Positions 36,449 to 45,509 of a DNA stretch of 56,816 nt are shown one piece after another (position 1 is the stretch's first letter; every line of letters starts with the position of its first letter). The DNA comes from Bacteroidota bacterium. Its GTDB lineage: Bacteria; Bacteroidota; Bacteroidia; Palsa-948. The stretch is from NCBI GenBank assembly GCA_023251675.1, contig JAHEYJ010000002.1, forward strand, positions 1 through 56,816. Reading direction: 5' to 3'. The translations under genes and the position numbers were made by a program. The notes beneath the pieces were generated by a model. That model ran no database searches. It was not told the DNA's origin and saw only the letters and a program-made list of their open reading frames with translations.

Positions 36449-38267
36449 ATTTTACTGAAGCTGAAAAATAATCTGTAATTATTTTTGCTTTTGCTTTTCC
36501 GACTGTCTTTATTATTTTTTCCACCGGCGTTTTTTTTATTTCTTCTACGGATTTGAATTTAGAAAGAAGTTTTTTTGCAGTTTTTTCACTGACGCCTTTT
36601 ATTTCAGTGAGTTCAGAATAAATGCTTTCCCGTATCCTTCTGCCCCTGTGATGTTTTAACCCAAACCGGTGGGCTTCATCCCGCATGCGCTGAATTAATT
36701 TAAGTGTTTCCGATTTTTTATTCAGGTACAGCGGAAGTGAATCCCCCGGATAGTAAATTTCTTCTAGTTTTTTTGCAATTCCGATTACTGGAATTTTTCC
36801 ATTAAGGTTCAGTGTTTCGAGGCTTTTAAGAGCCGCGCTCACCTGCCCTTTTCCCCCATCAATAATGATAAGCTGGGGAAGAGGTTTTTTCTCCCCCATC
36901 ATTCTTTTATAACGCCTGTATATAACCTCTTCCATAGAAGCAAAGTCATTCGGGCCTTCCACTGTTTTTATGTTGAAGATGCGGTAATCGTTTTTACTGG
37001 GCTTTGCATTTCTGAAAACAACACATGCAGATACAGGGTGTGCGCCTTGAATATTGGAATTATCAAAGCATTCGATCAGAACAGGCAATTCTTTCAGGCG
37101 CAGATCATTCATGGCAGTGGTAAGTATTCTATCTGAGGATTTTTCTTTTGAAGTCAGCGAGAGCCTGCTGATTTTATCCTTGCGGTAGTATTCTGCGTTT
37201 CGCTCAGAAAGTTCCAGCAATTTTTTCTTGTCTCCGATCTTAGGAACAATGAATTTAACATCGGGATAATTTACTTCCTGTAAAAAAGGAACAATGATCT
37301 CTTTCGCCTCACTTTGAAACCGCTGGCGCAATTCAGCAATAGCAAGCATTAATAACTCCTCCTTTGATTCATCCAGTTTCTTTTTCATCTCAACGGTATG
37401 CGCCTGAACAATAGCGCCATTCACCACTTTCAAAAAATTCACATATCCAAAGGTTTCATCGGTAAGAATTGAAAATACATCGGCATCTTCAATGGAGGGG
37501 CTGACAATAACGGAACGACTCTGATATTTTTCAAGAGAATTAATTTTCTCTTTCAATATCTGTGCGTTTTCAAAATCATAGTTCTCAGCAAAATTCCACA
37601 TCAGCTCTTTCAGTTGTTTTATTACAGAGGAAATATTGCCTTTCAGTATTTGTATTATCTGGTTTATGCTTTCGTTATAATTTTCTTCAGATTGAAAATT
37701 TTCGCATGGCCCCTTGCAGTTTTTCATATGGTATTCAAGGCATACCCTGAATTTTTTCTTTTCTATATTTTCTGCAGAAAGATTCAGGGAACAATTTCTC
37801 AGTGAAAACAGTTTTCTGATCAGATCAAGAAGGGTATGCATGGTCCGCAAAGAAGTATAAGGGCCGAAGTAATGAGAGCCATCCCGGATTAAATTCCGGG
37901 TTTGAAAAACCCGGGGAAACCGTTCGTGCTTAATGCAAATCCATGGATACGTTTTGTCATCTTTCAGGGCAACATTATACCGGGGCTGGTATTTCTTAAT
38001 AAGATTGTTTTCCAGCAGCAGGGCATCAAGTTCTGTACTTACAACAATGAACTTTATGTCTGTAATGCTGGTAACGAGATAGAGAAGTTTGCCATACTCG
38101 TGTTTTTTAGTGAAGTAGGAGGAAACCCTTTTTTTAAGATTTTTGGCTTTTCCGATATAAATTATTTTCCCGTGTTTGTCAAAATACTGATAAACACCGG
38201 GATGCTCAGGAAGTGAACTGACAATTTTTAACAACGACTCAGAGAATTTCTTTTTCTCATTTGTCAT
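36447..38267 (-). CDS. uvrC: excinuclease ABC subunit C
   Basis: 606 aa. GIY-YIG N-terminus (GVYQYFDKHGKIIYIGKAKNLKKR), the UvrC endonuclease core and a C-terminal HhH domain are present. Confidence 0.93.
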   Translation of the reverse strand: MTNEKKKFSESLLKIVSSLPEHPGVYQYFDKHGKIIYIGKAKNLKKRVSSYFTKKHEYGKLLYLVTSITDIKFIVVSTELDALLLENNLIKKYQPRYNVALKDDKTYPWICIKHERFPRVFQTRNLIRDGSHYFGPYTSLRTMHTLLDLIRKLFSLRNCSLNLSAENIEKKKFRVCLEYHMKNCKGPCENFQSEENYNESINQIIQILKGNISSVIKQLKELMWNFAENYDFENAQILKEKINSLEKYQSRSVIVSPSIEDADVFSILTDETFGYVNFLKVVNGAIVQAHTVEMKKKLDESKEELLMLAIAELRQRFQSEAKEIIVPFLQEVNYPDVKFIVPKIGDKKKLLELSERNAEYYRKDKISRLSLTSKEKSSDRILTTAMNDLRLKELPVLIECFDNSNIQGAHPVSACVVFRNAKPSKNDYRIFNIKTVEGPNDFASMEEVIYRRYKRMMGEKKPLPQLIIIDGGKGQVSAALKSLETLNLNGKIPVIGIAKKLEEIYYPGDSLPLYLNKKSETLKLIQRMRDEAHRFGLKHHRGRRIRESIYSELTEIKGVSEKTAKKLLSKFKSVEEIKKTPVEKIIKTVGKAKAKIITDYFSASVK

Positions 38268-39001
38268 TTAACAGAATCTGATTTTGCGGGAAGTGGCACT
38301 GTATGAACAGGGGCTGTATCTGTTTCCGGCGCTTCTTTTTTATTTTTCCCCTTTTTTGTTTTTTTTCTATGCGATGAAATGTTTGCAGAATCGGAGGCAG
38401 CAATTTTTATTTCAGCAGGTATATGCCGGCTGGTTGTATCCGGAGGAGGGATCACTTCTACAGGCGTAGTGACAGCGGAAGAATCTATAGGAACAATGCC
38501 GGCTTTGGTTTTACTTAATTTCTGTTTTTTATCCGGTTTCAGTATTGTTTTCTCGGCAATACTTGTTTGTTGAGTATTTATTTTATTAGATAATGCGTCG
38601 GCCTCTTTCAAAATAGAATCGGTATTCTTCTCGGTGAGGGCGAAAGAATCAATTTCAACAGTATCGAGTTTTACGATTGAAGTAGCTGCCTGAATCTGCT
38701 TTGAAGTATCGATAACGTTGAAAGCATGTTGAGTGGAATCAGCAGATGGAATATTTTCGGTTGGCAGTGATCGGTAATACTGAACCGTTTTAAAAATTCC
38801 CCATAAGCCAAGTAAAGCAAGCAGTGCAATTGCAGAAATAAGAATTTGTTTTTTGTTGACCGAAATAGACAGGGGTTGTCTTTTTGCAACAAGCAGCACT
38901 TCAATCTCGCTCCAGTCTACGCCAGGCAAATTACCTTCTGTAGATTTTAATTTTTCTTTAATAAAATTGTCGAGCTGATTATTGCCTGAAGGTTGCTTCA
39001 T
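38264..39001 (-). CDS. sigma-linked single-pass membrane protein (anti-sigma-like, low-complexity C-terminus)
   Basis: The N-terminus (NLPGVDWSEIEVLL) is followed by the TM helix ILISAIALLALLGLWGIF. It starts 11 nt after the sigma gene and its stop overlaps the uvrC ATG. Confidence 0.55.
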   Translation of the reverse strand: MKQPSGNNQLDNFIKEKLKSTEGNLPGVDWSEIEVLLVAKRQPLSISVNKKQILISAIALLALLGLWGIFKTVQYYRSLPTENIPSADSTQHAFNVIDTSKQIQAATSIVKLDTVEIDSFALTEKNTDSILKEADALSNKINTQQTSIAEKTILKPDKKQKLSKTKAGIVPIDSSAVTTPVEVIPPPDTTSRHIPAEIKIAASDSANISSHRKKTKKGKNKKEAPETDTAPVHTVPLPAKSDSVK

Positions 39002-39012
39002 TAATTCAAAAA

Positions 39013-39597
39013 TTATTTTGCAATCAATTTTGCGAGGTTCTTTCTCAAGTTAAATTTGGCTTTTGAAAAAGAATCTTTGGATGCATATTCGCTGATGTCA
39101 AGTAATTTAGAGATCTCAGAATGAGAATAGCCTTCCAGTTCGTGCAAATTATACACCGCGCGGTAGGAGGGGGTTAATTGCTGGAGGGCTTTAATAATCA
39201 TCTGTTTGTTTGCTGACTGAATTATTTTTTCGTCCGTAACCTCTTCTGAAGAAGGTCTTTCTGCGTCCCGTATACTTACCGTACTGCTCACAAAAAATTC
39301 CCGCTTATTATTGTTGTGCATGTAATGAATAGCGGAAAGGATCATTTCCTTTTTTATCCATTCTTCAAATGAAATAATTCCGGATCTTTGATCCTTTTTT
39401 GAATTCAGCCCGGGATAGTTCCGTATTTCGTTAAAAATATTTTTAAATCCGTTCAGTAATATTTCTTTTGCTTCCTGAGAATTCTTTGCATATCGAATAC
39501 ACAAATCCATCATGTTGGCCGCGTACCTTTCAAAAAAAGCACGCTGACAATTATTGTCATGTTTACTGCACCCTTGTATGAGCTCGTCCTCCGTCAT
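39013..39597 (-). CDS. ECF-type sigma-70 family factor
   Basis: Start set at MTEDELIQGCSKHDNNCQRAFFERY. Region 4 is YSHSEISKLLDISEYASKDSFSKAK. Paralog of the 40852-41406 gene. Confidence 0.8.
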   Translation of the reverse strand: MTEDELIQGCSKHDNNCQRAFFERYAANMMDLCIRYAKNSQEAKEILLNGFKNIFNEIRNYPGLNSKKDQRSGIISFEEWIKKEMILSAIHYMHNNNKREFFVSSTVSIRDAERPSSEEVTDEKIIQSANKQMIIKALQQLTPSYRAVYNLHELEGYSHSEISKLLDISEYASKDSFSKAKFNLRKNLAKLIAK

Positions 39598-39709
39598 GTT
39601 GTATGAAGCAAACTTAAAGAAATTCTTTTCTACTCCGGTTGAACGAAAAGGATAATAAATCAAACCCCTTTGTGTAAAAGAAAAGGATTTAATGAAAATT
39701 TATAGAGAA

Positions 39710-40846
39710 TTAATGCCTTTTTAGGGTAACCGTTCCCTTTTGAGAATGAGAAATGCCATCCGATCCGTTTGCCTGAATGGTGTAAAAGTAGATTCCGTCC
39801 GGGGCATCGTCTCCGTTTTGCAGCTTTCCGCTCCAGTTCCCTTCGAGGGAGTTCCACTCACAAACAATTCCGCTTTTGGGGCTGAATATCACGACTCCTA
39901 CAGAAGCAATATTTTTCATTTTGAAGAAGAAAAGATCATTTTCACCGTCCCCGTTAGGTGTAAAAATATTAGGAATATCATAAATGTCTGAGCTGGGTTT
40001 CACTTCAATGTTTATTTTATCGGAGGCTGCACCTGATGCATTTTTCGCATTGAGAATTACAATGTAATTACCCGCCTTTTCAAATGTATGAACGGGAGCA
40101 TTATCTCTTGAGCCCGATCCATCGCCAAAATCCCAGCTTAAAGAAGAGGCGACACCCTGGTTAATGAACTCAACTGTGAGCGGAGCTTCACCTGAAGTTG
40201 AGTTCACAAAAATATTTACAGTAGGAAGCGATATGTTTTCTTCCAACGCATCGGAATTATTGGATGTATTTGTATTGGAAGAGTTGTTTTGATTTTTATT
40301 CCACCGTATCATCCCCCCATCGCCCTTCGGTGCATTGCCATATTTATGTGCGGGCTGTGAGGAAGTAGAATTCTCTGTATTTGAATTCTCAGAAAAATTT
40401 TCATTTGCAGAAGAGGCGCCTGCGCTTTTTGGATTGTCAGAAAAATCTATTTCTGCACTCTTGTTTGATGAATGAAAAGTGGAAGCAGTTTGTGTGGCGG
40501 GTTGCGAGTTAGAAAGGCTGGTTGACGGTTGAAGTTCCTGAACATTATTTTCCTTTGTTTCTTTTGGATTGGTTTGGATTTGTGAATGATGAATATTTGA
40601 AGAACCTGATGTTTTTTTATCCCCATGTCCGGATGAAAAATACAATACACTTGCTGTTATAATAGCGAGGGCCGCAGCTCCTGCAACAAATTTCCCAACG
40701 ACAAATTTTGCGGCAGTTCCTGAAGCACTTCCCGCAGAAGCACTCATTCCACTCTGCACATTAGCCCATGCGTTGGCATTTACATCAGACTCAAAGTGCT
40801 CAAAAGTTTCTTTAAAAAGCTTTTCTATATTTTCTGCGTTCTTCAT
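39710..40846 (-). CDS. sigma-linked membrane protein with PKD domain and T9SS type-B (CHU_C) sorting domain
   Basis: The domain order is: N-terminus MKNAENIEKLFKETFEHFESDVNANAWANVQ, then TM helix FVAGAAALAIITASVLYF, then an S/N-rich linker, then PKD (WDFGDGSGS), then IFTPNGDGENDLFFF...GIYFYTIQA...VTLKRH. Confidence 0.7.
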   Translation of the reverse strand: MKNAENIEKLFKETFEHFESDVNANAWANVQSGMSASAGSASGTAAKFVVGKFVAGAAALAIITASVLYFSSGHGDKKTSGSSNIHHSQIQTNPKETKENNVQELQPSTSLSNSQPATQTASTFHSSNKSAEIDFSDNPKSAGASSANENFSENSNTENSTSSQPAHKYGNAPKGDGGMIRWNKNQNNSSNTNTSNNSDALEENISLPTVNIFVNSTSGEAPLTVEFINQGVASSLSWDFGDGSGSRDNAPVHTFEKAGNYIVILNAKNASGAASDKINIEVKPSSDIYDIPNIFTPNGDGENDLFFFKMKNIASVGVVIFSPKSGIVCEWNSLEGNWSGKLQNGDDAPDGIYFYTIQANGSDGISHSQKGTVTLKRH

Positions 40847-40851
40847 TCTTT

Positions 40852-41406
40852 TTAATTGCCGGTAATTTTTTCCTGAGAAGCGGTTTCCTCCTGTATCTTA
40901 TTCTGTAAATGTGTTTTTGCCCTTGAGTATTGTGATTTTGAAGTTCCTTCAGTTATACCAAGCCGATCTGCAATTTCTTTGTGAGAATAACCTTCTATGG
41001 CATACAAATTAAAAACGGTTCTGAAACCTGTAGGCAACTGCTGAATCATTTTCAAAAGATCTTTTTCATTTATATGTTCTCCTACGTGGTTATTTCCAGG
41101 TACCAGGTATCTCGCATCTTCAATATCAATATTCATTTTCATTGCTTTGTTTTTTCTCAGATAGGTAAGTGCTTCATTAACCATTATTTTTCTTATCCAT
41201 CCTTCCAGTGAACCCGAACCCCTGAATGTTTCAATCTTTTCATACACCCGGATAAACCCGTTTTGCAGCATATCATCGGCCTCTTCTCTTCTTTCTGCAT
41301 ATCGGATACATACACCCATCATTTTCCTGCTAAACCGTTCAAAGAGCAATTTCTGAGCCTTGGGGTTCTTTTCTATACATCCTCTGACAAGTTCTTCATC
41401 TGTCAT
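40852..41406 (-). CDS. ECF-type sigma-70 family factor
   Basis: MTDEELVRGCIEKNPKAQKLLFERFSRKMMGVCIRYA. Region 4 is YSHKEIADRLGITEGTSKSQYSRAK. Confidence 0.85.
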   Translation of the reverse strand: MTDEELVRGCIEKNPKAQKLLFERFSRKMMGVCIRYAERREEADDMLQNGFIRVYEKIETFRGSGSLEGWIRKIMVNEALTYLRKNKAMKMNIDIEDARYLVPGNNHVGEHINEKDLLKMIQQLPTGFRTVFNLYAIEGYSHKEIADRLGITEGTSKSQYSRAKTHLQNKIQEETASQEKITGN

Positions 41407-41539
41407 GTGAATCTTTTATTAGGATGCTTTTTGTCAAGATTTAGTTGCATAGAAATCAGCTAAAATTACCTGTTTTTATGGGCTATTTGTTAAAGTAAGT
41501 TAATATAAGAAGATTATACAAATATATTTCCCTAAGTAC

Positions 41540-41569
41540 TTGACAATATGTATTCTGCGTATAACTTTG
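41540..41569 (+). promoter_or_regulatory. consensus promoter TTG-N19-TAACTTTG for asd
   Basis: TTG at 41540-41542 and TAacTTTG at 41562-41569. The leader to ATG 41612 is 43 nt. Confidence 0.6.
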
Positions 41570-41611
41570 CACCCCGAATTAGAAAAAACTCAAAATTTAC
41601 ACCAAAAATCA

Positions 41612-42601
41612 ATGAAAGTAGCAATTGTAGGAGCAACAGGCCTGGTAGGCAACGTAATGGTAAAGGTTCTTGAAGAAAGAACATTTCGCGTAACTGAATT
41701 TCTGCCTGTGGCATCTAAACGCTCCGTTGGAAGAGACGTTAGTTTCCGGGGAAGAACATATAAAGTATTGGGAATGGACGAGGCTATTGCCCAAAAACCT
41801 CAGATTGTTTTGTTTTCTGCAGGCTCTTCAACATCCATGGAATGGGCACATAAATTTGCAAGTACAGGAGCTGTTGTAATCGATAACTCATCAGCATGGA
41901 GAATGCACCCGGATATCAAACTGGTAATCCCGGAAATCAATGCGAATGTGATCCGTAAAAAAGACCGCATCATCGCCAATCCGAACTGTTCAACCATTCA
42001 GATGCTGATGCCGCTTTACCCTATTTATAAAAAATATGGGATATCCAGAATAGTTGTTTCTACTTACCAGGCGGTGACAGGCACCGGAATGAAAGCTGTT
42101 GAGCAACTGATGAACGAACGTAAAAACATTCCTTCTGAGAAAGTATATCCGTATCCGATCGACCTGAATGTGATTCCTCACATTGCGGATTTTAATGAAG
42201 AAGGCTATACGAAAGAAGAAGTTAAAATGTCGGAAGAGACGCAAAAAATATTTGACGATAAAAAAGTGAAGGTGACTGCTACCTGTGTGCGTATTCCTGT
42301 AGTGGGCGGACATAGCGAATCCGTGAATGTGGAGCTGAAGAAAGACTATAAGATTGAAGATATCCGCAAACTTCTCTCAGAGACGAAAGGAGTAAAACTG
42401 CAGGATGATTTCCGAAACAATAAATATCCGATGCCCATCTATGTTCAGGGCAAGGACGATGTTTTTGTTGGAAGGATCCGAAGGGATAATACCATGACCA
42501 AAGGGCTGAACATGTGGATCGTTGCCGATAATCTTCGCAAAGGCGCTGCCACCAACGCAGTACAGATCGCAGAATATATGGTTGCAAAAAAACTTGTTTA
42601 A
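41612..42601 (+). CDS. asd: aspartate-semialdehyde dehydrogenase
   Basis: Start at MKVAIVGATGLVG (Rossmann fold). IANPNCSTI contains the active-site Cys. Confidence 0.92.
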   Translation: MKVAIVGATGLVGNVMVKVLEERTFRVTEFLPVASKRSVGRDVSFRGRTYKVLGMDEAIAQKPQIVLFSAGSSTSMEWAHKFASTGAVVIDNSSAWRMHPDIKLVIPEINANVIRKKDRIIANPNCSTIQMLMPLYPIYKKYGISRIVVSTYQAVTGTGMKAVEQLMNERKNIPSEKVYPYPIDLNVIPHIADFNEEGYTKEEVKMSEETQKIFDDKKVKVTATCVRIPVVGGHSESVNVELKKDYKIEDIRKLLSETKGVKLQDDFRNNKYPMPIYVQGKDDVFVGRIRRDNTMTKGLNMWIVADNLRKGAATNAVQIAEYMVAKKLV

Positions 42602-42620
42602 TAATAATCAATCGAAAAAC

Positions 42621-42658
42621 AAAAAGCCGATAGTTAAAAAGGACTACCGGCTTTTTTT
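42621..42658 (+). terminator. rho-independent terminator
   Basis: aaaaagccgatagt ... actaccggcttttttt. Confidence 0.75.
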
Positions 42659-42668
42659 ATAAATTAAC

Positions 42669-43058
42669 ATGAGTATTATTTCTGAATTTAAACAGTTTGC
42701 CATGCGTGGCAATGTGATCGATCTTGCTGTGGGTGTTGTTATTGGTTCTGCATTTGGTAAAATAGTTTCTTCATTAGTAGATGATCTGATTACCCCTGCC
42801 ATTTTAACCCCGGCTCTTAAAGCAGCTAAACTGGCCGACTTAAGTGATCTTGTTATTCCGGGAACTGCAATTAAATATGGAAATTTTCTTTCTCAGATCA
42901 TCTCTTTCGTTATGGTTGCTTTTGCATTATTTCTTATCATCAAAGCGATCAATGCGGCAAAGAAAAAAGAAGATGCCCGGCCGGCTCCTGCTCCCGAATC
43001 TACCAAAAGCGAGGTGTTGCTTACGGAAATACGGGATTCCTTGAAAGCCAATAAATAA
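42669..43058 (+). CDS. mscL: large-conductance mechanosensitive channel
   Basis: 129 aa. FKQFAMRGNVIDLAVGVVIGSAFGKIVSSLVDD is the MscL signature. Confidence 0.93.
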   Translation: MSIISEFKQFAMRGNVIDLAVGVVIGSAFGKIVSSLVDDLITPAILTPALKAAKLADLSDLVIPGTAIKYGNFLSQIISFVMVAFALFLIIKAINAAKKKEDARPAPAPESTKSEVLLTEIRDSLKANK

Positions 43059-43063
43059 TCTGT

Positions 43064-43993
43064 ATGAGAAAATTTCTATTGCTTATTCCTGTTTTTATTT
43101 ATTCAAACAGCTTTTCAAGGGGATCTGTCGATTCTCTGAAGACCTGGAAAAAAGGCGGAACCGGCGCTTTGAATTTTTCTCAGGCATCTTTTTCTAATTG
43201 GGCAGCCGGAGGAGAAAATGCTATATCGGGAGCAGCGCTTTTTAATGTATTTGCGATTTATAAAAAGAACAACATCAGCTGGGAAAATACGCTCGATATG
43301 GCGTATAGTTTTCTTCAGACCGATAAAACCGCATTGCATAAGAATGACGATAAAATAGATTTCACTTCCAAGTGCGGATATAAAGCCAATAAAGTTTTTA
43401 ATTATGCGGGTTTAATGAACTTTAAATCTCAGTTTTCTCCCGGATATAATTATCCGAATGATTCCGTAATGATATCGGATTTTCTTGCTCCTGCCCATAT
43501 CCTTCTTTCTACAGGTATTGATTACAAACCAAATGAAAATCTTTCATGCTTTGTTTCGCCGGTTACGGGGAAAATAACGATCGTAAACAATCAAACGCTT
43601 GCAGATGCAGGTTCGTATGGCGTGTCCGAAGCGTTGTTTGATACAGCAGGAGTGATGACGGCCCGAGGTAAAAAGATACGCTATGAGTTCGGCGCTCTTA
43701 TCTCTGTAAAATTCAAGACGGAAATCGCAAAGAACATCACCCTCGAAACCAAAGCGGATTTCTTCAGCAATTACCTGCATAACCCTCAAAATATTGATGT
43801 GAACTGGGATTTGCTTCTTAATTTGAAAGTGAACAAATTTATTTCTGCAAGTATTACTACCACCTTCATTTATGATGATGATACACCTGTTCCTGTTTTC
43901 AAGGAGGTGGCAGGCGTGAGAACACAGGCAGGAACCGGCCCCAGAACCCAGTTTAAGGAGGTGTTTGCCGTTGGATTTTCGTATAAATTCTAG
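43064..43993 (+). CDS. DUF3078 domain-containing outer-membrane protein
   Basis: Signal peptide present. GGTGALNFSQASFSNWAAGGENAIS is typical of DUF3078. Confidence 0.7.
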   Translation: MRKFLLLIPVFIYSNSFSRGSVDSLKTWKKGGTGALNFSQASFSNWAAGGENAISGAALFNVFAIYKKNNISWENTLDMAYSFLQTDKTALHKNDDKIDFTSKCGYKANKVFNYAGLMNFKSQFSPGYNYPNDSVMISDFLAPAHILLSTGIDYKPNENLSCFVSPVTGKITIVNNQTLADAGSYGVSEALFDTAGVMTARGKKIRYEFGALISVKFKTEIAKNITLETKADFFSNYLHNPQNIDVNWDLLLNLKVNKFISASITTTFIYDDDTPVPVFKEVAGVRTQAGTGPRTQFKEVFAVGFSYKF

Positions 43994-44033
43994 GTTTTTA
44001 GGCTATTATTAACACTTTTTAAGTCAGTGACAC

Positions 44034-44065
44034 TTTGTCACACGATTCTGTTTTGATTATCTTTG
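44034..44065 (+). promoter_or_regulatory. promoter TTTG-N20-TATCTTTG for miaB
   Basis: TTTG at 44034-44037 and TAtcTTTG at 44058-44065. ATG 44074 follows 8 nt later. Confidence 0.55.
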
Positions 44066-44073
44066 CTTCCCCA

Positions 44074-45507
44074 ATGGATATTTTCGAAAACAAAGTACTT
44101 GATGAATCCCGACAAGGAGAAGCACTAGTTCTTGACGCAACTTTAGGTGTCGGGAATAAAAAACTTTTCCTTGAAAGCTACGGATGCGCCATGAACTTCT
44201 CAGACAGCGAGATTGTTGCAAGCATCCTGGCAGGAAAAGGATATTCTTCTACATCCGATTATAATGAAGCTGACCTGATCCTTATAAACACTTGTTCCGT
44301 GCGTGAAGGAGCGGAGCAGCGTGTACGCGGACGACTGAAAACATTCAATGCGCTGAAAAGGAAGAATCCGAAACTGATGATCGGCGTGCTGGGATGCATG
44401 GCGGAGCGGTTAAAATCCCAGTTCCTGGAACAGGAAAAAATAGTTGACCTGGTGGTTGGCCCGGATGCCTACCGTGATCTTCCCAGCCTGATCGAATCGG
44501 TGGAAGGCGGGCTGAAATCCGTAAATGTTTTGCTTTCTCTCGAAGAAACCTATGCCGACATCAGCCCCGTTCGTTTGGACAGCAACGGGGTCACTGCTTT
44601 CATCAGCATCACCCGTGGATGCGATAATATGTGTTCGTTCTGCGTGGTGCCGTTTACACGCGGAAGAGAACGCAGCCGGAACCCGGAAAGTATTATTGCT
44701 GAAGCAAAAGATTTATTCGAACGCGGGTATAGAGAGGTGACCTTGCTCGGACAGAATGTAGATTCTTATTTATGGGCGGAGGGGAAACCTAAAAAAGAAT
44801 TGAGCGGGGAAGAATTAAGATCCGCTTTTACATTCGCCAATCTATTGGAAGCAACGGCAAAAATTTCTTCCGACCTGAGAGTTCGTTTCTCCACTTCCAA
44901 TCCGCAGGATATGACCGATGATGTTCTGCACGCCATAGCGAAATATGAAAATATCTGCAACTACATTCACCTTCCTGTGCAGAGCGGAAGTTCCTCCATG
45001 CTTGAACGTATGAACCGCGGCTATTCGCGTGAGAAATATTTAGAGCGAATTGCAGCCATCCGGAGAATAATTCCTGATGCTGGCATTTCTACCGATATCA
45101 TCACCGGATTTTGCGGTGAAACAGAAGAAGAGCACCGGGACACTATTTCATTATTAAAACAAGTACAGTTTGACTTTGCCTATATGTTTGCCTACAGCGA
45201 ACGCCCCGGAACGCTGGCGCATAAAAAATACAAAGACGATGTTCCGGAAGCGGTAAAGAAAAATCGTTTGCAGGAAGTGATCGCATTACAGCAAGAACAT
45301 TCCGCTGAAAGAACAAAAAAGGGATTGGGAAAAGTCCACCGCGTTTTGATCGAGGGTGTTTCAAAAAAATCAAACGACCGGTTGTATGGACGAAATTCTC
45401 AAAATACTGTCGTGGTTTTTCCAAAAGGAAATCATATAAAGGGAGAATACGTAAATGTATTGGTCAATGAAGTAACACCGGCAACTTTGCTGGGAGATGT
45501 CGTATAA
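44074..45507 (+). CDS. miaB: tRNA (N6-isopentenyl adenosine(37)-C2)-methylthiotransferase
   Basis: Contains [13 protein letters not shown] and the radical-SAM motif [11 protein letters not shown], plus a TRAM C-terminus. Confidence 0.92.
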   Translation: MDIFENKVLDESRQGEALVLDATLGVGNKKLFLESYGCAMNFSDSEIVASILAGKGYSSTSDYNEADLILINTCSVREGAEQRVRGRLKTFNALKRKNPKLMIGVLGCMAERLKSQFLEQEKIVDLVVGPDAYRDLPSLIESVEGGLKSVNVLLSLEETYADISPVRLDSNGVTAFISITRGCDNMCSFCVVPFTRGRERSRNPESIIAEAKDLFERGYREVTLLGQNVDSYLWAEGKPKKELSGEELRSAFTFANLLEATAKISSDLRVRFSTSNPQDMTDDVLHAIAKYENICNYIHLPVQSGSSSMLERMNRGYSREKYLERIAAIRRIIPDAGISTDIITGFCGETEEEHRDTISLLKQVQFDFAYMFAYSERPGTLAHKKYKDDVPEAVKKNRLQEVIALQQEHSAERTKKGLGKVHRVLIEGVSKKSNDRLYGRNSQNTVVVFPKGNHIKGEYVNVLVNEVTPATLLGDVV

Positions 45508-45509
45508 AT

